64,000 bases of DNA from a virus. The position numbers and the translations under genes were made by a program. The notes under the pieces are model-generated. The model searched no databases, was not told the origin of the DNA, and saw only the letters and a list, made by a program, of their open reading frames with translations. The stretch spans positions 24,776 to 88,775 of IMG/VR virus record IMGVR_UViG_3300042448_001704; one strand, given 5' to 3'. This document shows positions 59,590 to 64,000 of the stretch, one piece after another (position 1 is the stretch's first letter; every line of letters begins with the position of its first letter).

Positions 59590-59796
59590 ATGGTAATAGC
59601 AAGTATAAGAACAGCAAAGGACACAGACAAGGTGATCACTAATCGCCAATTCTCTGATCTGAAAGCTGCGCAAGGATTCTGTGACTCAATAATCGGAGAC
59701 TACTCAGATAACCACGGAACTGTGGAGTTCATACTCTTGACGGATTATGAAACTGGATTATCGGAAGAATACAGCATTGAAGATGGGGGTAAATAA
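59590..59796 (+). CDS. Hypothetical protein
   Basis: Full cassette with AAGGAGTAAA. Confidence 0.7.
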   Translation: MVIASIRTAKDTDKVITNRQFSDLKAAQGFCDSIIGDYSDNHGTVEFILLTDYETGLSEEYSIEDGGK

Positions 59797-59797
59797 T

Positions 59798-60211
59798 ATG
59801 ACCGACATGCTCACGCTCAAAGGAACGATCACCAACTCATGCACTTGTGTCTCATACGATGAGGACAAGGGCGACTTTGCGGAAGCACCAGAGTGTTGGG
59901 GCGACTGTTGGGAATACTCATTAGAGGACTTCGCCAATGTCACCGAGTCTCTCCGTAACGACAACCCAACCGACTACTGGAAGGTTGAGAATCTTCGCCT
60001 ATGGAATGGTGAAGTCTCGGGCCACTTTGAGGCTAGGACTGTTGAGGATCTGTTGCGCGGAATGACTGTTCGCAGCGAGTGGTCAATGAGCTATGAGATC
60101 TTTGCTGATCGCATTGAGTACTCACTATCTCACCACGACTCACCTACGGGTAGCACCAGCGTTCTCCGTCCAGTAGAGGCAGAGGAATACGAAGAAAGAT
60201 ATAGGTGGTAA
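59798..60211 (+). CDS. Conserved phage hypothetical protein
   Basis: CTC...CWGDC; LWNG; SHHDSPTG. Confidence 0.7.
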   Translation: MTDMLTLKGTITNSCTCVSYDEDKGDFAEAPECWGDCWEYSLEDFANVTESLRNDNPTDYWKVENLRLWNGEVSGHFEARTVEDLLRGMTVRSEWSMSYEIFADRIEYSLSHHDSPTGSTSVLRPVEAEEYEERYRW

Positions 60212-60320
60212 AGGCTAACAGCCGGCCAGGGGCGTGGTTACTGATCACAACCCTGGCACACCCATTTGATAGAACATACATATTGTTTCAACCTGAAGCG
60301 AGAATCTTGAAAGGATTACC

Positions 60321-60491
60321 ATGACCGATCTACACGAAGAACTTTGCGAACTTTGCGAAGACAAAGTTGATTATTGCGAGTGCCGTCGCTGCGAACTCTG
60401 CGGAGAACTCACCTTGGGCGAAGACGCTGTTGTCAATGACATGTGCCTCAACTCTGGTGACGACGGTATCTGTGGCGGAGACTTCATTTAG
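60321..60491 (+). CDS. 56 aa Cys-rich acidic protein (not in ORF track)
   Basis: MTDLHEELCELCEDKVDYCECRRCELCG...; promoter box, RBS and terminator. Confidence 0.65.
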   Translation: MTDLHEELCELCEDKVDYCECRRCELCGELTLGEDAVVNDMCLNSGDDGICGGDFI

Positions 60492-60505
60492 TCGCCTCAA
60501 CACCT

Positions 60506-60535
60506 AGCCCCTGCCCTGATCGGTAGGGGCTTTTT
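60506..60535 (+). terminator. Intrinsic terminator
   Basis: AGCCCCTGCC...GGTAGGGGCTTTTT. Confidence 0.75.
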
Positions 60536-60632
60536 GTTGTCTGATCCCTGATCGCAAACGTTGGCACACCCATTTGATAGAACATACATATAGCCCTCAC
60601 CGCGGGGGCGACGATCTAAAGGAGATCCCATA

Positions 60633-60782
60633 ATGGAACAACACGAATACGAACACTCGCACCTGAACAACTGCCAGGCATGCGACGAGCATGCCGATCG
60701 CATGCAGCGCCGTCAAGATAGGCAGAACCGCCAGTGGGCAACCCAAGCCCGCCTAGGTGTTCCAATGAGGGGGTCACGATGA
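60633..60782 (+). CDS. 49 aa hypothetical protein (not in ORF track)
   Basis: AAAGGAG RBS; MEQHEYEHSHLNNCQAC... Confidence 0.55.
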   Translation: MEQHEYEHSHLNNCQACDEHADRMQRRQDRQNRQWATQARLGVPMRGSR

Positions 60783-60985
60783 TAGTGAAGGATCAGCGGA
60801 ACTGGTCAGTCTGGGTAGGTGGTGGTGAAGTCAATGACTACTACCTACCCTTAGACAAAGCCCTCAACTTGGCCTCAGACTTCTCTGGCGACGGTTACGA
60901 CGATGTACTTATCATGGAAGAAGTAAGCAAAAAATTCTACTTACCTAACCACCCAGTCTTTGGTCAAATAACGATACTGAAGTAG
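60779..60985 (+). CDS. Hypothetical protein
   Basis: WSVWVGGGEVNDYYL...GYDDV; ATGA overlap. Confidence 0.65.
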   Translation: MIVKDQRNWSVWVGGGEVNDYYLPLDKALNLASDFSGDGYDDVLIMEEVSKKFYLPNHPVFGQITILK

Positions 60986-60991
60986 GCACTC

Positions 60992-61022
60992 AAGCCCCTG
61001 CCCTAACGGGTGGGGGCTTTTT
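60992..61022 (+). terminator. Intrinsic terminator
   Basis: AAGCCCCTGCCC...GGGTGGGGCTTTTT. Confidence 0.8.
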
Positions 61023-61077
61023 GCTGTCTCTACGGCTTCCCAGGGCGGATCGTGGCCGGTCCTGAAACTACGACAAC

Positions 61078-61130
61078 AAAGAGAAAGAGTGAGGTGGCAG
61101 GCAGAAAGGAGTAAAGACCCGCCACCTCAC
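61078..61130 (-). ncRNA. Candidate small hairpin RNA with anti-Shine-Dalgarno loop
   Basis: TACAAT -10 at 61143-61138; GTGAGGTGGCGGG-TCTTTACTCCTTTCTG-CCTGCCACCTCAC then T-rich tail. Confidence 0.55.
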
Positions 61131-61410
61131 GGAAAGAATTGTACTTCATGTCATGAGCGCGAATCCATACCTTCACAATATTTGTTGCGCAGCTGGTGAT
61201 CGCGGAAAACAGCTGAAGTTTGGAAGTCCCGACGTCGGCCGAGCCGCAGCTGGAAGCCGGGAAAAAGACGTTTTTTATCCTGGAAGCGGCACGTTTCTGG
61301 CCGCACGCGCTGCGAAAATAAAAAGCGGGACTACTGATCCGAAGCTGGGCGCGCCTGATCCCAGACAGCAAAAAACCCGCCCCATCGCTGGAGCGGGCCT
61401 TTTAGTTTCT

Positions 61411-61632
61411 TTACAGAACTACGACGCTGATTACATCGCTAAATGTGAGGGCCACATCGTCTTGGTGCGGAGCTTCAAGATCCGCTTGTGTGATGGTGAA
61501 CTCTTGAGTGGCGAGGTTGAGATCCTCAATGCACCACCCGTCGTAGTTCCCTTGAGTTGTCTCAAGCTCATGAAACAGACGTTTTTCATCCTGGCAGCGC
61601 CAGAGCGTTTCCGCAATTTCTATTGTTTTCAT
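61411..61632 (-). CDS. Hypothetical protein
   Basis: Full cassette; terminator at about 61370-61403. Confidence 0.7.
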   Translation of the reverse strand: MKTIEIAETLWRCQDEKRLFHELETTQGNYDGWCIEDLNLATQEFTITQADLEAPHQDDVALTFSDVISVVVL

Positions 61633-61778
61633 TTTACTCCTTCAGTAAATACTATATGCATAGTGTATCAGGGGGGTGTGTCAATGTCAAATCCGGTCGC
61701 CGGAACCCCGATACACCCCTTTGTTATACTTGTTCTTATAGCCCTCACGGTGGGGGTGATAGTTCAGAAGGAGAACAA

Positions 61779-61913
61779 ATGAGCTACATTCCAGCTCCAG
61801 CAAATCACACGCTTGAAGTTTGCACAGTGTGCCAGCACTACTACGGCCGCCCAAAAAGCGATCAAAAACGTGTTTGCCCAGTATGCACAAAAAACCGGAA
61901 AAGAAAAGCTTGA
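61779..61913 (+). CDS. 44 aa Zn-ribbon protein
   Basis: CTVC...CPVC; AAGGAG RBS. Confidence 0.6.
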   Translation: MSYIPAPANHTLEVCTVCQHYYGRPKSDQKRVCPVCTKNRKRKA

Positions 61914-61969
61914 CCCTGACACACCCATTAGATATACTACACTTGTAAGTTTTTATGAAAGGAAACAGC

Positions 61970-62296
61970 ATGACCACCCGAATTAGAGAAGGTCGCTACT
62001 GCGATGCAACCACGATCCTCCGTCAAATAGGCGGAACAACCGTTATGGCGGTTACTGGTGGCCGCTACGGAGTTATCCGAGACAGCGAACAAGAAGTAAT
62101 CGGAGTTCAACTTATCTGTAGCGCCAACCGCACAGTAGAAGTAACCCTATCTTTTATGGATACCTACACTGTCCGTCGCTACCGCACCGTAGTTCGTGGA
62201 GAGCGTCGTGGAGACGACATTGTGGAGTACGAAGCAACCGACATTTATTGTGACCAACTAAGCGATGTCGTTTATACGGCAGGTTGTTGGAAGTAA
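61970..62296 (+). CDS. Conserved phage hypothetical protein
   Basis: ILRQIGG...DTYTV...DIYCDQL; promoter and terminator 62308-62338. Confidence 0.75.
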   Translation: MTTRIREGRYCDATTILRQIGGTTVMAVTGGRYGVIRDSEQEVIGVQLICSANRTVEVTLSFMDTYTVRRYRTVVRGERRGDDIVEYEATDIYCDQLSDVVYTAGCWK

Positions 62297-63159
62297 CCAC
62301 AGCGAGAGAGCCTCACCCTAACGGGTGGGGCTTTTTTTGTTGCCTATTGCGGCTATCCGCTACCGCATTAAATTAAACGTCATTTTTCTGGCGCGCCGTG
62401 GCCTGGGATCAGAGCTTCAAATTCCGGATTGCGCAGCTTGGGATCAGAAAACCAGAAGTCCCGACCGGGTTGTTTCCCGGTTTCAACACGTCTGGCCCGG
62501 CTTTATTTCCGGTTTATTCGTTTTTATTCCGGTTTTGACGTGCAGCTCGCGCCGGGTTTGGCAGCTCGATCCCGGGAAAGCAGCTCGATGCGGCAGCAGC
62601 GCGGCAGTCCCGATGGCAACTCGATACGTTACGTGTAAAAAAATAACGTTTACGCGAACCCTTTCGCCGGCAAAAACAAACTTTTTGATTTATTAACCAG
62701 GCTTTTAGACGTAAAAACTGCGGCTATACGCCACCGTCACTTGTTCTTGATTATTTTGTCAAGTTATCTTGAGAGCGGCTCGGCCGCCAGCAGCGCGATC
62801 TAGACGTTGCTGCCGGGTTGTCGGGACTTCCCGGCAGATCCGTCCGGAATTTAGCTCGATTTAGCAGCTTTTTTAGCAGCTCGATCCGGACGTGCAGCTC
62901 GATCCGGAACTGGGGAGAGTCCCGCAAAAACCGGGTGACGTGCACTGCGCTGCGCGCGCCGGAAACGAAGAAAAGTCACTTTTTCCAGTTCTTTCGTACT
63001 TCTTGAAAAAAAGGAATTGCCAGAATGGTTCCCCAAACGGCCACTGGGATAACAAGAATGTCTGGCGTAAATAGCATAAATAGTGCAAAAAATGTTAAAG
63101 TAATCAAGTCTTTTATTTGTTTATCAATCATTCGCACATCCTATTGAGTTTCGGGCAAA

Positions 63160-64000
63160 ATGTCAATCATTAATCTCTACTTATCCAACGATCACCTGGT
63201 TTTGGATTATCCGTACGACCCAGCTCAGGTTGCAGAAACAAAGCTGATCCCAGGCGCGAAGTGGGACAAAGCAGCAAAAGTCTGGAGAGTCCCGATGTCT
63301 GGATTAAATGCAGCGCGAGAGTTTGCCGGAAAACATGATTTTGTGATCGATACTGAAGTTCTCCTTTTTGATTTACCAGAAAAAGACAACCCAACCTTCG
63401 GAATTGAAGAACGCAACGACTTTATCTACCTAAGCTTCGGTTATGACCCAGTAAAAGTACGTGGAGTTAAACAAATTGCTGGAATAACCTGGGACGCAGA
63501 CACAAAAGCTTGGAAAGCTCCGAGCGCATCGCTGCAAGAAGTGTTGCAATGGGCCGAAATGTTCCGGGAAAAGATCCCGACGGGACTGCTGCACCAGGCC
63601 GAAGACCGGGCCGAGACGTCGCGGAAAGCGGCCGACGCATCCAGGGCAACCGAAGGAGTTATTGATGTTGGCGAACTTCCACTCCTTCCATACCAAAGGG
63701 CGGGAGTTGAGTACGCACTCTCCGCACGCAAATGTTTCATTGCTGACGACATGGGGCTAGGCAAGACACTTCAGGCGATTGCTGTAATAGAGAAGGCGCA
63801 GGCATACCCCGCAGTTGTTGTATGCCCTGCAAACCTTGTACTGAACTGGCGTAACGAATACACCAAGTGGTTACCGACAAGAACTGTTGCTGTAGTTACT
63901 AATAGAAAAGACTTCCCCACCGAAGCAGTTGATGTGATTGTTGTTGGTTACTCAAACCTGGCCCACTGGGCAAAACAACTTGCTGGTAAAGAAACGTATG
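63160..64000 (+). CDS. SNF2-family helicase with two HARP-like N-terminal domains (3' truncated)
   Basis: IPGAKWDKAAKVW and IAGITWDADTKAW repeats; PYQ..G; ADDMGLGKTLQ; VVCPA. Confidence 0.85.
   Translation, partial: MSIINLYLSNDHLVLDYPYDPAQVAETKLIPGAKWDKAAKVWRVPMSGLNAAREFAGKHDFVIDTEVLLFDLPEKDNPTFGIEERNDFIYLSFGYDPVKVRGVKQIAGITWDADTKAWKAPSASLQEVLQWAEMFREKIPTGLLHQAEDRAETSRKAADASRATEGVIDVGELPLLPYQRAGVEYALSARKCFIADDMGLGKTLQAIAVIEKAQAYPAVVVCPANLVLNWRNEYTKWLPTRTVAVVTNRKDFPTEAVDVIVVGYSNLAHWAKQLAGKETY

Larger units (their letters stand above)
49433..61938. promoter_or_regulatory. Repeated early-type promoter with conserved spacer box YGRYACACCC, at least 27 boxes
   Basis: TTGACN or GAAACC, 17-bp spacer containing TGACACACCC, then TAnnnT; e.g. 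61910-61938 TTGACC-CTGACACACCCATTAGA-TATACT; oriented toward adjacent small genes. Confidence 0.9.
44722..62738 (+). repeat. Dispersed same-strand 16-mer GCTATMCKCCACCGTC, 10 copies
   Basis: Starts at 44722, 44932, 45538, 46118, 50120, 53919, 57143, 59341, 62352 (degenerate), 62723; first four extend with AA(AC/GA)ATAGGAT. Confidence 0.9.

Noticed and set aside
61153-61782. 209 aa plus-strand ORF and other ORFs inside the islands (53814-54121, 57017-57304, 59263-59569, 62325-63088)
   Set aside because: No RBS, low-complexity Arg/Ser/Ala translations, and overlap with better-supported genes, terminators or promoters; treated as shadow ORFs of GC-rich DNA
49433-61938. Integron cassette array (attC sites)
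   Set aside because: Repeats lack the RYYYAAC/GTTRRRY ends, no integrase is in the window, and they fit promoter geometry
44722-62738. CRISPR array or mini-array from the 16-27 nt repeats
   Set aside because: Copies are 0.2-4 kb apart with no regular spacers, and no cas genes are seen
1-64000. Stop-codon reassignment
   Set aside because: Long genes are intact under the standard code and end in TAA, TAG and TGA

Overview
Segment of a large lytic-looking dsDNA tailed phage, most likely a contractile-tailed phage of an actinobacterial host (it encodes a WhiB-family protein and has leaderless-type promoters). 1-20 kb (+): tape measure, baseplate and several tail-fibre/Gly-rich proteins. 20-35 kb: accessory block with a flavin-dependent halogenase, 2OG-Fe(II) oxygenases, a thermonuclease, probable internal-head proteins, a Cys-rich fibre, a large acidic surface protein, holin-like proteins and an M15-like endolysin. 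35-49 kb: regulators, metallophosphoesterase, tRNA-Arg(TCT), PaaI thioesterase, DpdA/TGT-like protein, Ntn protease, WhiB, replication-type proteins and a MoxR/VWA pair. 49-63 kb: array of small early-type genes, many with a repeated promoter/stem-loop/RBS cassette. The window ends in a truncated SNF2-type helicase. Most unusual signals: (i) non-coding islands tagged by a same-strand 16-mer (GCTATMCKCCACCGTC) and packed with restriction-modification-type sites; (ii) two minus-strand hairpin RNAs whose loops are antisense to the phage's own early-gene RBS; (iii) a duplicated two-gene module beside a His-rich and a Cys-rich fibre-like protein; (iv) a sharp strand-skew inversion at about 42.4 kb. 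All calls are from reading the sequence by eye and hand counts; no database searches were run.
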